Part shown: positions 26,410 to 36,295 of the stretch, one piece after another
Position numbering within the stretch: position 1 is the first letter of the stretch
How the letters are laid out: every line of letters begins with the position of its first letter
Program-made: the position numbers and the translations under genes
The notes under the pieces: generated by a model
The model's database searches: none
Seen by the model: only the letters and a program-made list of their open reading frames with translations
What the model was told of the DNA's origin: nothing
Virus record (IMG/VR): IMGVR_UViG_3300005077_000572
Coordinates: 9,131-73,130 of that record
DNA length: 64,000 bases
Direction: 5' to 3' (one strand)
From: a virus

Positions 26410-27424
26410 TGATTTTACAATATTTCCTGGCCATGACCAGTGCTTTGGTTCCGTTATTTACTGCTGAATCAATAATAGTCTTCAGCGTAAATAATTTACC
26501 ATAACGAGTTACTGCATCGTTGGCATCTTTGACATCCAGATCCCAGGGCGGGAAACTAACTGACCACCCACGCTTGACTGCCTGCTCGACCAACTGATAA
26601 CTAGAAGCGTCAGCATCGGGCAGTAGTATCACTTCCTTTTTTAAATTCTCAATTATACGGCATTGGTCATGACTTAGATTGTTGCTGCCAATTCCCACAC
26701 CGTCTACACTTAGTGCATCGAGCTGGCCTTCGGTTACAATGACATACCGGTGACGTTTTAACTGCATGTCTAGATTGAATACAAAATTTTTGGGCTGATG
26801 TGTAAAGTACTTTGACTCGTTTTCACCAGGCTGGCCAACCCAGCGTGCGGTGTATCCCACAATCTGATTTTTATATCTAAAAGGCAGTATGATTCTATTT
26901 TTAAAATGACTAAAAGAACTGTAATACCAGTCGGGATAATCCAGTAATCCACGATCTGCAATGTATTCACAGGCAGCCACAAATCGTTCAGGGTCTGCGA
27001 TTTCCGAAACCGGATACCCAAAAATAGAATGGCTTTTGGGAGGTAGTTCCATGAGTGGCCAGTCAATGACCAATGGTGCTTCGGCTTGCTTGGCTGACAT
27101 CAGCAACTCGGCAGTGTCACGCTCACGCATTAGTTCGATCTGCAATCGTTGTATATCTGCTGAATCGACACCGAACACCGAGTACAACTTTTTTAAATTG
27201 TTACTGAGCTGATGACCCGGACTCCAGCCTGTGGTATAACCGCAGTTAAAACAATGATATCTAAACTTGTCAGATTCAAACAAAAATCCGCCACGACCTT
27301 TTGTGTCAGGTCGTGTTTGTCCGTGATGTGTACACATAGGGCAATTCCCACTGGTCCAGCCCGAAGAGCTGGTTTTCCAGTTGGTGGGGATTAGATTTTT
27401 AGTAAAGTCTAACAGAAAGTGCAT
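26375..27424 (-). CDS. DNA primase (T4 gp61-like)
   Basis: Zn finger CPMC...HCFNCG; Toprim VTEGQLDA, PDAD, KDAND. Confidence 0.92.
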   Translation of the reverse strand: MHFLLDFTKNLIPTNWKTSSSGWTSGNCPMCTHHGQTRPDTKGRGGFLFESDKFRYHCFNCGYTTGWSPGHQLSNNLKKLYSVFGVDSADIQRLQIELMRERDTAELLMSAKQAEAPLVIDWPLMELPPKSHSIFGYPVSEIADPERFVAACEYIADRGLLDYPDWYYSSFSHFKNRIILPFRYKNQIVGYTARWVGQPGENESKYFTHQPKNFVFNLDMQLKRHRYVIVTEGQLDALSVDGVGIGSNNLSHDQCRIIENLKKEVILLPDADASSYQLVEQAVKRGWSVSFPPWDLDVKDANDAVTRYGKLFTLKTIIDSAVNNGTKALVMARKYCKINEKKKRNSIKS

Positions 27425-27430
27425 AGCACT

Positions 27431-27459
27431 ATATTAATTGCGGTATGCGATTTTGTCAA
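27431..27459 (-). promoter_or_regulatory. sigma70-like promoter for primase/helicase
   Basis: TTGACA-N17-TAATAT. Confidence 0.5.
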
Positions 27460-28216
27460 TCGTGCCCGAACTAACATTGATTACGAATCGCAGCCAGTAG
27501 AAGTTACCATCAAAAATAAATGCTTCTATACCGCTGAAGTTGTTGAATTCGGCAGCACCAGTGATAGTCAAATTTACATCAAACCAGTCGGATTCCTGTG
27601 GATTGGATTCCAGTGTAGCCTGGACGCGAACTGTGCCAGTCGCATTTGTGGCATACACTGCCATGGTGTTTAATCCATTGGGTATATCTTTCTGTGCGGT
27701 TCCAGGTACTCCGAAACTTATCTGGTCACTGGAGTTTTCGGATGTGATGAAGTCACTGACCACGTTGTCGCTGACTGATTCAGGCAATAGGTTATTTTCT
27801 ATTTCTACAACATATTCACTGCGATAATTTAAATCGCTGTATAGCGCAGTTTTAGCATTACTCTGATCAGTATAAGTAAGTATTAGATGATATAATCCGG
27901 TGTCTAGACCGATGATTTCAGAACCACGAATGGTCAATGTTGCATTACCAGTAGTGTAATCGTTTATTCTTAGATTTTTATTAAGAACACTCGTGGTACT
28001 TGAACGTCTAACTAGCTGTGCCAGTATATTTTTATTCTGAAGCTGCACTGGTTTACCGTCGGAGTCTCTGATAAAAAATGTCAATGACGTATCAACGCCC
28101 TTGAAAACTCTGAAAGGTTTATAATTAATAGGTGTATTGCGTGTTGTTCCACTGCGTGTTGTTAGTACAACATCACCACGCTGTGTGTAATTATATCCAG
28201 TACCTTGTTGTGACAT
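27434..28216 (-). CDS. Putative virion structural protein
   Basis: All-beta composition; GGAG RBS. Confidence 0.55.
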   Translation of the reverse strand: MSQQGTGYNYTQRGDVVLTTRSGTTRNTPINYKPFRVFKGVDTSLTFFIRDSDGKPVQLQNKNILAQLVRRSSTTSVLNKNLRINDYTTGNATLTIRGSEIIGLDTGLYHLILTYTDQSNAKTALYSDLNYRSEYVVEIENNLLPESVSDNVVSDFITSENSSDQISFGVPGTAQKDIPNGLNTMAVYATNATGTVRVQATLESNPQESDWFDVNLTITGAAEFNNFSGIEAFIFDGNFYWLRFVINVSSGTIDKIAYRN

Positions 28217-28260
28217 ATTAGTGTTCTCCGACTACTATTTATTAAAAGATAAGTATTTGT

Positions 28261-28638
28261 ATGACTATGCCAAAACAATACCAAGAGCTGTTGGAAAAAT
28301 TCCCATTTCTAACTTTAGCTACATATGCAAACTACGAGTATGTGGGTATAATTCAAAATATCGACAACAATGTTGTCAGCATGTACCTCTACGAAAAGAT
28401 CAGAACCACTGAAGATCGAAAACTGTTTCTAGACCTTGGTAATGAATGGTGGTGGGAGACAAACCGTCAAATTCCCATCAATATCATCATGGGCACTAGA
28501 TTTAAACCGTTCCGTGAATCATTGGTGACGTTCACAGTCAAAGATTTTGAAATACTACACGGCCCCAGTGTTTGTCTGCGTGACATTATACAAAAACGTG
28601 TCAAACGCAAAAATGTGCAGCTTATACGTCGCCTTTGA
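28261..28638 (+). CDS. Conserved hypothetical protein
   Basis: FPFLT...YVGIIQN...GNEWWWETNRQIPINI. Confidence 0.7.
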   Translation: MTMPKQYQELLEKFPFLTLATYANYEYVGIIQNIDNNVVSMYLYEKIRTTEDRKLFLDLGNEWWWETNRQIPINIIMGTRFKPFRESLVTFTVKDFEILHGPSVCLRDIIQKRVKRKNVQLIRRL

Positions 28639-29218
28639 CTGTGGCGGATAGCCGATCACAGATCAAATTCATCTGCACTACCACGGCAGCGGCATAGGCC
28701 ACTGAGTGACTCTTTTTAAAGAAATACTCATCATTTTCAGGTCTAACCCAGACTTCACGCATAATAGTATCCCAGTCAGCTGTCAACAGGTATCGCTTGG
28801 CTGGACGTATCACTGCCAGCACTGCGGCTAGTTGTTCTATAGATCTAGGTTTCAGTTGTCTTAGAATATCACCATGACCATTTACGTGGAACAACTGATT
28901 TACAAAATCATCATGCTCTAATAATTCCCAGACCGGCTCCTGATTCATTAAACGATCTAGATGTTCTGGACTTTCAACGTCGCGATAGATACTGACGTTC
29001 AATATATCCAGTTTAAAAAATCCCAGATCTTCGGCCGCTTTATGATCAACTGTGGCGTAACCGGTCTGTGGGTCTGCTGGCATTTTGTGGAAGTAAACGC
29101 CGGTGTTGTGTTTGATCATTCTACCATCACGATCAATGCTAGCTGGAACATGTGGGAACAACGCTAGAATACGCTTTCTATCTGCGGTATCAATATCAAT
29201 ATCGGTTGCTGGTATCAT
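28622..29218 (-). CDS. Minimal DNA polymerase III alpha (family C palm) fragment
   Basis: TDIDID, HNTGVY, GFFKLDILN, LAAVLAVIRP, FKKSHSVAYA. Confidence 0.8.
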   Translation of the reverse strand: MIPATDIDIDTADRKRILALFPHVPASIDRDGRMIKHNTGVYFHKMPADPQTGYATVDHKAAEDLGFFKLDILNVSIYRDVESPEHLDRLMNQEPVWELLEHDDFVNQLFHVNGHGDILRQLKPRSIEQLAAVLAVIRPAKRYLLTADWDTIMREVWVRPENDEYFFKKSHSVAYAAAVVVQMNLICDRLSATVKGDV

Positions 29219-29874
29219 CCAATGGCCTCGTTTATAAATTTTACTTCTTTAGGAAATACACTAGTTTTGCGATGCCAGAATGCCGGATCCAGTGTATCAG
29301 CAATTTGCTTGAGTAGATCCGGCGGGACTGTATCTAAAAACCTCTGTGCACGATCACTACAGTAGATAATCCAGGGGCTTATTTTACCCATGGCAATGTG
29401 GTTAATGATAACATGTGCTGGTGCTTGATCAAAATAATTGCTCCAGTGGCTGTTATGTGCCTGGGCCCACTCATCGGCCAGTAATATAAATCTTTCAAGA
29501 GCTCGATCTGCAGTTTCAGTTTTACTGGATTCTGCTAGATAACGATTGTACTGGCTGTCCTTGGTCCAGTCACTGAGACGGACTTTGTTTATAGTCAACC
29601 ATTTGATATAGGATTCGGGATTAACTGCTCGAATATCCAGTACGTAACGACCAAATTTAACAAAAGAACTGTAGTAACGACTGCTGGCAAAATCGTCATA
29701 GGTCTTGTCTTTACATGCGCCCATGGCCAGTTTATACCAGGTGTTATAGGCATTAAACCCAGCAACTACGTGTTTGTCGTTACGACCCAGATGTCGGCGC
29801 TTGGGTTCGCATACATGCACTGCCAGAGAACTTTCGTTTTTAAAAGTTTTTTTACAGAATTCGCAGGTATACAT
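29215..29874 (-). CDS. Hypothetical protein with N-terminal C2H2-like zinc finger
   Basis: YTCEFCKKTF....LAVHVC. Confidence 0.7.
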   Translation of the reverse strand: MYTCEFCKKTFKNESSLAVHVCEPKRRHLGRNDKHVVAGFNAYNTWYKLAMGACKDKTYDDFASSRYYSSFVKFGRYVLDIRAVNPESYIKWLTINKVRLSDWTKDSQYNRYLAESSKTETADRALERFILLADEWAQAHNSHWSNYFDQAPAHVIINHIAMGKISPWIIYCSDRAQRFLDTVPPDLLKQIADTLDPAFWHRKTSVFPKEVKFINEAIG

Positions 29875-30338
29875 TATTTAAACAATGATTTAATCTCTTT
29901 ATCTGAAAGTCCCGATTCATTGGCCAACTCTTGTAGATCATCCAATGTATTCTGCGACAAAAATATTTCCAGTTCATCATCATTGAAACTGGGATAGAGT
30001 GTCAATAGCCATTCAGCGATTTTATCTTTCTTTTCTCGTCGACCAGGAGCAATCCAGGGATGATACTGTGTTTTACCAATGCCCACTACTTGTAGAAGAC
30101 GATGCTGTAGCTGTGGGTGATTTCTCAGTGTATTAAAGTGCACATTGACTAACTCATTAGTCATGGTCAGGTAATGATCTCGTATATCATCATGATTTGT
30201 GTCACAAGCACTAGTGTATCGCATCAACAACCAGGGACTAATTTTTGATTGTTCTTCGGGTGTCAGAGTGTCCCACCATTTCGTATCTCTACAGTCAATG
30301 GCACGCATTTCTTCTTTGATACTGAGTTTGTCTACCAT
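29874..30338 (-). CDS. Probable clamp loader small subunit (T4 gp62-like)
   Basis: PWLLMRY, YHPWI, replisome context. Confidence 0.6.
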   Translation of the reverse strand: MVDKLSIKEEMRAIDCRDTKWWDTLTPEEQSKISPWLLMRYTSACDTNHDDIRDHYLTMTNELVNVHFNTLRNHPQLQHRLLQVVGIGKTQYHPWIAPGRREKKDKIAEWLLTLYPSFNDDELEIFLSQNTLDDLQELANESGLSDKEIKSLFK

Positions 30339-30344
30339 AATTAT

Positions 30345-30373
30345 ACTATATTACCAGAGGTTACTGGTGTCAA
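30345..30373 (-). promoter_or_regulatory. sigma70-like promoter with ACCAG-N6-CTGGT inverted repeat
   Basis: TTGACA-N17-TATAGT; inverted repeat at 30353-30368. Confidence 0.65.
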
Positions 30374-30851
30374 GAACTTCCGGTACTTTACTAACTTCTT
30401 TGACGAAAAATGCACAATCGCTGCCGGGTTCATCACTAAGTGGTACGGCAAGTATATGGCCGTATTTTAGTCGTGGGAAATACCACTTCACGTCCTGATA
30501 GATGTTAACAATATCAACGTCTAAAAATCGCGGAATAATACTGCTGATAGGGTTGAAGGTAAATGCGTGAAACCCTCGATCGTTCAGGCTGGTAATGGGT
30601 ACTATTTCAGGTTCTCCGGCGTCGGGTTCGCAGATAATCAGACTCCAGTCCAGGGGCATTTTTACCAAGTGTTCTCCGATTTTCAGAACTGCCGCCGGCG
30701 CATTAAATATTTCCAGAAATACCAGCGGCACAAAAAAGTAATCGGCATCATTCTTGTTGCTGTAGTCCAGTACACAGTACCGGATGTCGTCGATTTCCTC
30801 GGGAACATACTCCATTTCATAGGAGATATTTTCAGATGTTAATATTTTCAT
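30351..30851 (-). CDS. Conserved hypothetical protein
   Basis: 166 aa, coupled to the UvsW-like gene. Confidence 0.7.
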   Translation of the reverse strand: MKILTSENISYEMEYVPEEIDDIRYCVLDYSNKNDADYFFVPLVFLEIFNAPAAVLKIGEHLVKMPLDWSLIICEPDAGEPEIVPITSLNDRGFHAFTFNPISSIIPRFLDVDIVNIYQDVKWYFPRLKYGHILAVPLSDEPGSDCAFFVKEVSKVPEVLDTSNLW

Positions 30852-32302
30852 TTTCTATAACTAACTTTATCGATTGTGAACGGGTAACGTGCTTCTTCGT
30901 AGAACTTTTTTCGTTCACGTAAATGTCGCTTGCTGAATTTGGCCGAACTGGTGACATCCCAGATCTCTACATGATCTTTGTCTTTGGCTCGGCGAATTCC
31001 ACGACCAATTGACTGTATGACTCGAACAAAGCTCTTGCCGGGTTCCACTAATACTAGATTAAAGATACGTGGGATGTTAATGCCCACAGCGGCTACACCG
31101 TAGGTGGCAATGATGATCTTGTTGTTGGCTTCACTGACTTCATCATATTCATCTTTGCGATCTTTGCTTTTCATTGCGCCGCTGATAAACACTGTCTCCT
31201 CGGGTAATCGTTCAAGTAATCCCTGACCGGCTTTGAGTCTGTCCACTAACACAAGTGTGTTTCCTTCGGCTGCCAGCCCACGGATTAGCCGTGCCATGTA
31301 GTCCAGACGCTGGCTGTCAGTGGTCAAATAGGTAAGCTCTTCCTGATAAGACGGGTATTCCACAGTATCCTGTAGTTGTAAAACATTAACGGTGCAATTA
31401 GCCAGTACACCCATGTCCTGTAGTTCGCTGGCAGACAATTTATTAATTACATGACCCAGTGATATAATTAAACCAATCTTATCACCAGCATCTTTGGGAA
31501 TAGTGCCAGTCAGCCCCCAGCGAATGGGCACACGTGCGAACGGACCAGTCAATAGTTTCTTTAGAACGTCAGCCTTGGCCTGGTGCACCTCGTCCACGAT
31601 TACACAATTGACACCTTCGGCGAAATCCACGACACTGATATTACTTTCACCGTCACGGAATCGCTTTTCCATGCTGTTCAAACTCTGCCAGGTACAGATG
31701 GTGTGTGTTTTACCAAATTCTTTACGATCACCAAAATAAACACCCACGTCCAGTCCCAGATTGCGATAATCGGTTTCAGTTTGTATGACTAGGTCTTTGT
31801 TGGGCACAATAACAATACTTCGCCCGTAGGGTTCAATTAGATTACTCAGCGCGGCCGTAATCAGTGTTTTACCAGCACCAGTGGCAATTTCCTGCAATGA
31901 TTGCGGATTAGAAAGAAACTGATTTATAATTTCTACCTGGTAGTCGCGTAGTCGAATGGGCTCACCAACTGCAGGGTGGCCCATGGGCCAGACACGATCA
32001 CTGAAGTGATCTTCGGTAATTAGTGGGAATTCCAGTTTCAGTGGCTGACGTCGATCTTCAATCTCGACCTGATAGCCACTGTCAATTATAACTGGCAATA
32101 TTTCTTCCAGAAGATTAATGTAAGTGGATCCACCGACATTGAAGTAGTTTACTTTGCCGTCCCAGCGACCCAGTTTATAGGCCGGTACGTGGTAGGCATA
32201 GGGTAACATAAAGCTAAATTTATTAACTAATTTTTTACGTGTGTCCAGATCCAGATCTTGAACTGAACAATTGACTTCGTCTTTTAAAATTATTTTAGCC
32301 AT
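30848..32302 (-). CDS. uvsW: SF2 DNA helicase (UvsW-like)
   Basis: LRDYQ, ATGAGKT, VDEVH, GLTGT, QSIGRGIR. Confidence 0.93.
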   Translation of the reverse strand: MAKIILKDEVNCSVQDLDLDTRKKLVNKFSFMLPYAYHVPAYKLGRWDGKVNYFNVGGSTYINLLEEILPVIIDSGYQVEIEDRRQPLKLEFPLITEDHFSDRVWPMGHPAVGEPIRLRDYQVEIINQFLSNPQSLQEIATGAGKTLITAALSNLIEPYGRSIVIVPNKDLVIQTETDYRNLGLDVGVYFGDRKEFGKTHTICTWQSLNSMEKRFRDGESNISVVDFAEGVNCVIVDEVHQAKADVLKKLLTGPFARVPIRWGLTGTIPKDAGDKIGLIISLGHVINKLSASELQDMGVLANCTVNVLQLQDTVEYPSYQEELTYLTTDSQRLDYMARLIRGLAAEGNTLVLVDRLKAGQGLLERLPEETVFISGAMKSKDRKDEYDEVSEANNKIIIATYGVAAVGINIPRIFNLVLVEPGKSFVRVIQSIGRGIRRAKDKDHVEIWDVTSSAKFSKRHLRERKKFYEEARYPFTIDKVSYRK

Positions 32303-32308
32303 TTATAC

Positions 32309-32337
32309 ACTATAGTTTATTTTTGTCTGTATGTCAA
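32309..32337 (-). promoter_or_regulatory. sigma70-like promoter
   Basis: TTGACA-N17-TATAGT. Confidence 0.65.
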
Positions 32338-32346
32338 TATAAAGGT

Positions 32347-32373
32347 GAGGGGAGATTGTTTCCAATCCCCCCT
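32347..32373 (-). terminator. Putative intrinsic terminator hairpin
   Basis: GAGGGGAGATTG-TTTC-CAATCCCCCTC stem (one bulge) downstream of the ATPase gene; short U-tract. Confidence 0.45.
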
Positions 32374-32428
32374 CAATTAATTGGCCAGCTAGGAGTGAGA
32401 GTGACGTAGACAGAGGAAGCTGGGCCAA

Positions 32429-33433
32429 TTAAACTCTACGCATGCATGTACTTTCGGCGTATGACTTCCATTTTTCAGGATTCATTTTCATAAGATCGGC
32501 GATCTTAGTTACCATACGCAGGCTCAGTTCACGCAAGCGATTTTTATTTTCATGAACATATTCCAATAATTCAGCTTGTTGTTCAGGCTTGAAATCGTAT
32601 TCATCGAGCATGCCATCATCAACAATTTGCCGGCAACGAAGAAACTTTTCTCGCATAGAGTCCATGGTCAGATCCAGGTAGTGACAACGACTCATGATCG
32701 CTGCCAGGTGATCCGACAACTTGCCGCGTGTCTTTTCAAATTTCAAGTTGGTGATAAAAATCACACTGCCATGAAATTCAAAACTGTCGGGAATTCCCTC
32801 CTGACGTAGCACACGACTTTCTGACTTCCAGCTGATGCGGCGCTTCTTACCACTATCCAGTGCCGCTTTAAGCAGGTTCAGCGAAGTTTCATCATACAAT
32901 ACAGTATCACAGTCATCCAATACCAGAACACTGCCATCATAGGAATATTCGTACAACAATTTATACAAACCAATGGCACTGGCGGCACCTTTTTCGACAC
33001 CATATTTTTGCCGTCCACTGGTCATTTTAACAGCAACCGCGGCATTGTCAAGCACTCGTTCAACACCGAATGATTTACCAACACCCGGAGGACCAGTGAC
33101 CACCATACCACGCACGACACCATCAATGGCAGCGTCAGCCATTTCTTCTAGAATAGAGAATCGTTCACGCAGACGATTCATAATTTGCTCATCGGATTCC
33201 GTTTTAGCAGTTGAGGCTGGGCCTACTGGTGTATCTGCAGATACTTCCTCAAAACTGCGTGGGCTTTCCACCATGATGCGAACATTTCGCTCGGGCATGC
33301 CGGGGATATCACGGGCACAGACGGTGATATAACCGCCTCGTTTGCCTAGCTTAAATCCACGCTCCAGTTTAAACACGGTATCTTTGACTTCGGTTTTACC
33401 GTGCATGCCATTCAAAACTCGAACTTTTTCCAA
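32429..33433 (-). CDS. P-loop AAA+-like ATPase
   Basis: Walker A GPPGVGKS, Walker B VLVLDDCD; TTG start after AGGAG. Confidence 0.8.
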   Translation of the reverse strand: MEKVRVLNGMHGKTEVKDTVFKLERGFKLGKRGGYITVCARDIPGMPERNVRIMVESPRSFEEVSADTPVGPASTAKTESDEQIMNRLRERFSILEEMADAAIDGVVRGMVVTGPPGVGKSFGVERVLDNAAVAVKMTSGRQKYGVEKGAASAIGLYKLLYEYSYDGSVLVLDDCDTVLYDETSLNLLKAALDSGKKRRISWKSESRVLRQEGIPDSFEFHGSVIFITNLKFEKTRGKLSDHLAAIMSRCHYLDLTMDSMREKFLRCRQIVDDGMLDEYDFKPEQQAELLEYVHENKNRLRELSLRMVTKIADLMKMNPEKWKSYAESTCMRRV

Positions 33434-33467
33434 TTACTCACTCCTGGGTTACTGTCTAAGTATCATA

Positions 33468-33496
33468 ATAATAACATGACCATCATTTAATGTCAA
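33468..33496 (-). promoter_or_regulatory. sigma70-like promoter
   Basis: TTGACA-N17-TATTAT. Confidence 0.65.
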
Positions 33497-34191
33497 ATCT
33501 TGCGTTCTATTTTTACTCGATTGATTACTGTTTCTTTACAAGAACTAAATTTACTGACACTTTGCTCTTTGACAGTTCCAGTTACATACATGGTGTTACC
33601 CACCAATAAATCACTGACATCGGGATCACGACTCCAGAAAAATTTGACTAGGTTACGTTCAGATTCAACTGCAGTGACTAAGTGTATACTATATTTGGCA
33701 ATGTATTTTATGTCTTTGATGAATAACTGAAACCGCGCTCGTTGGCCAAGTGTCCCTACATATTCACTGACATGGCGCATGTTATCGTAAAATTCATCCA
33801 CTGAGTCTCGCTGCCGTTGAATTCTAAGACTGTTGGGCAGGCTAGCCAGAATACTAATGCCGTAGTCGTCCACTGTTGATCCAGCGAGAACCTTGCCCAC
33901 TTGATCTTCAAAACCGTTGATACTGCCAGTGACTTTTTTCATAACCAATAGGCTGTCAAAGTAGTCTTTGAGCTTCATGGCCTCGTCACGATCCTGCTCG
34001 GTGATGTCGACTCCGTTTTGTGATTTACCCGACATTAGCAGTCGCACTGCAGTTTTATTGTCGGGTATTTCTACTTTGAGCTCAAAGTCATAGTACCCAG
34101 ATCCACTCTTGATAAACCCGCGAACGCGATCCACGGCAATTGCCGCGGTCAGTGCGTCCATCATATCATAGGTCGTCGACTTCTTTGTCAT
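33493..34191 (-). CDS. Hypothetical protein (C-terminal OB-fold-like)
   Basis: YVGTLGQR...VTGTVKEQ...TVINRVK. Confidence 0.65.
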   Translation of the reverse strand: MTKKSTTYDMMDALTAAIAVDRVRGFIKSGSGYYDFELKVEIPDNKTAVRLLMSGKSQNGVDITEQDRDEAMKLKDYFDSLLVMKKVTGSINGFEDQVGKVLAGSTVDDYGISILASLPNSLRIQRQRDSVDEFYDNMRHVSEYVGTLGQRARFQLFIKDIKYIAKYSIHLVTAVESERNLVKFFWSRDPDVSDLLVGNTMYVTGTVKEQSVSKFSSCKETVINRVKIERKI

Positions 34192-34525
34192 GTGATTCTT
34201 TGAGAATTTTCATTAATTCACGATTACGATAGTCTTGTTCAAAACGTTCACGTTTTTTTTCGTGTGTCTTTCCCAACAGCATACGATCGTATTCGCGAGC
34301 CTTTTCAAAACCATCTAGCCAAATACGCATACCTTCCAGTGATCCAATATATAACTCGGCGTCTCGACTATAGATCGGAAACGATTCGTCCTTGGGGAAT
34401 AGGCTTACGAGATCGCCAAACTCTTGACGATAATTGCCGTGTTTGGGGGATCCCATACGGAACCCCAGACTGTCGATTCGTTCTTCGAGTCTGCGTAGTT
34501 CAATAACTGATTGATAGCCTGCCAT
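34166..34525 (-). CDS. Hypothetical protein
   Basis: 119-aa ORF. Confidence 0.6.
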   Translation of the reverse strand: MAGYQSVIELRRLEERIDSLGFRMGSPKHGNYRQEFGDLVSLFPKDESFPIYSRDAELYIGSLEGMRIWLDGFEKAREYDRMLLGKTHEKKRERFEQDYRNRELMKILKESHDKEVDDL

Positions 34526-34526
34526 T

Positions 34527-34910
34527 TTACCAGCTCGAGTTATAAAAAACTTTTAATCCCACAAACAGTTCAGCTCGTGCATTTTTAATGAATTCTAGAT
34601 CCTGATCACGATAGTAATCGTCGGAATCATCGCCAAAAAAGAATCCTGTGGTTTGTGGCAAATCCCCGTTGATGACGGCCTGCTCTAAACGTTCTATATC
34701 CTCCCAAGTCAACTCGAGTTCAACACCGTTGAAAGTATTGTCATCTGAGTCATTGGTACACTCGTTATTTTTTAGTTTACGTAGCCAGAGTTCACGCATC
34801 CAACCTTGAAGATTCGGGTGCTTTCTTCGATACGCAAGTTCACGTCGACTAGTGTCGTCCCACGCCGTTCCTGCTTTAGCCGCTACATACATATACTGAT
34901 CTAATCCCAT
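34527..34910 (-). CDS. Conserved phage hypothetical protein
   Basis: MGLDQYMY..YRRKHPNLQGWM..LPQTTGFFFG..FYNSSW. Confidence 0.75.
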   Translation of the reverse strand: MGLDQYMYVAAKAGTAWDDTSRRELAYRRKHPNLQGWMRELWLRKLKNNECTNDSDDNTFNGVELELTWEDIERLEQAVINGDLPQTTGFFFGDDSDDYYRDQDLEFIKNARAELFVGLKVFYNSSW

Positions 34911-34911
34911 T

Positions 34912-35658
34912 TTATTTGCTCCGTCCTCTAGTCCAACCAAGATTTATAAACGTATCAACTTCGCTCTCGCTCACTAATTTAGATTGACCCGAAATTTCAT
35001 TATGGATCCATTTTTTTCCAACACGTTGTTCTCTCATTATTGCTTTTGCTTCTTCAGAATGCTTTTTACCAAAAAATGGATTTTTGTATCCAGACATGTC
35101 GGCATGATTTTTGGAAATATTTTTTTTATGCTCTTCAGAGATTGTTCTGCCAGAAAGTGCTTCTTTTATTTTGTTCTTAGTTTCAGCAGTATGAGTTCTC
35201 CCTAGTACGATATTACGCATTTTTTCACTGAAACCCACTGGCATCTTTCCTCGTTTCTTTCTGCTTTTTTCACCGATGATACGTTTTGTTTCAACAGAAT
35301 GCGAAGTACCAAATCTCGGTGATAGTTCACCTGTTTTACCGTACATTGCATTTAATGGCCCTGGCATAGGAAAAATTGATTTATTATCCGTTTTATTCAA
35401 CCATCTACTAGACTCAACGACCTTCATACGACGAAGGACTTTGTGTTCCCAAGACCTTGCTTTTTCAATGGTAGAAAATGTTTTTCTTATCTGAATAATA
35501 TCAGGATTGCCGTATTGCTCTATCATTTTAGTCACTTCTTTACTACTAGTAAAGTAGTTAATCATTAATTCTGTTGGATTGCAATTTTTTGCATATCTAA
35601 CTCCATAATAATATTTGTCCTGTATTTTCCATCCTATCAAGTAAGTATAAGGCATCAT
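34912..35658 (-). mobile_element. Free-standing GIY-YIG-like homing endonuclease with NUMOD3 repeats
   Basis: YTY-x10-YYG, YFTSS, repeated G..H(S/T).E(T/A)K..I motifs; AT-rich. Confidence 0.8.
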
Positions 35659-35703
35659 AATTTATCTCCTATAATATTTATCCTTACTTACATGAATGGA
35701 CGA

Positions 35704-35970
35704 TTAATCTCCCCGATTACGAATTCGATCGATAGCAGCCGACGCTTCAGGAAAGGCTGTTATGTCTGCAGTAGCATCATTAAGCATATCCAATGCCACG
35801 GACTCTAGAAGGGCTAGACCATAAAATACATCATCGGCGCCTACAGCCTCAATCCAATCACGCATTTCTTCACGTGTGTTTAAATTCAGCATGATGTTGA
35901 TATCCTGTAATTGCGCAGGAGTATACCGGTACTGATAGTTATTGAAGGCCGGAAATTTCTCGTATTCCAT
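35704..35970 (-). CDS. Hypothetical protein
   Basis: AAGGAG RBS; 88 aa. Confidence 0.55.
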   Translation of the reverse strand: MEYEKFPAFNNYQYRYTPAQLQDINIMLNLNTREEMRDWIEAVGADDVFYGLALLESVALDMLNDATADITAFPEASAAIDRIRNRGD

Positions 35971-35980
35971 GCTCTGCTCC

Positions 35981-36259
35981 TTAGACTAGGTCAACTTGGA
36001 TTTCGTATTCTTCAGTAGTCTGGCGCTCAGTATAGACCCGCTTGGTTGTCGCCATACCCTGCACACCTTGACTGGCTAGACTGTAGAGCACGGCCTGAAC
36101 TGCAATACGCTGGCTGGTGAAGCACATTTCCTCAGTGCCACGAACTGTGGTGTAGAAACCAACGCCGTCAACGATGACACGAATTTTCTGGCTATTTTTC
36201 AATCCCGGAACGATCTGTTTAGTACGCATCTTCAACCCCTTGTTTCTTACTGTACCCAT
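35981..36259 (-). CDS. Hypothetical protein
   Basis: Downstream of a promoter; start may be MRTKQ (36229). Confidence 0.55.
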   Translation of the reverse strand: MGTVRNKGLKMRTKQIVPGLKNSQKIRVIVDGVGFYTTVRGTEEMCFTSQRIAVQAVLYSLASQGVQGMATTKRVYTERQTTEEYEIQVDLV

Positions 36260-36288
36260 AGTATAGCAAATCGACGATTTTCAGTCAA
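36260..36288 (-). promoter_or_regulatory. sigma70-like promoter with AAATCG-A-CGATTT inverted repeat
   Basis: TTGACT-N17-TATACT; inverted repeat at 36268-36280. Confidence 0.65.
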
Positions 36289-36295
36289 ATACCGA

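Noticed and set aside
30351-30851. Possible Hint/intein-like domain next to uvsW
   Set aside because: No N-terminal Cys/Ser, TxxH or terminal HN; cannot be supported by eye.
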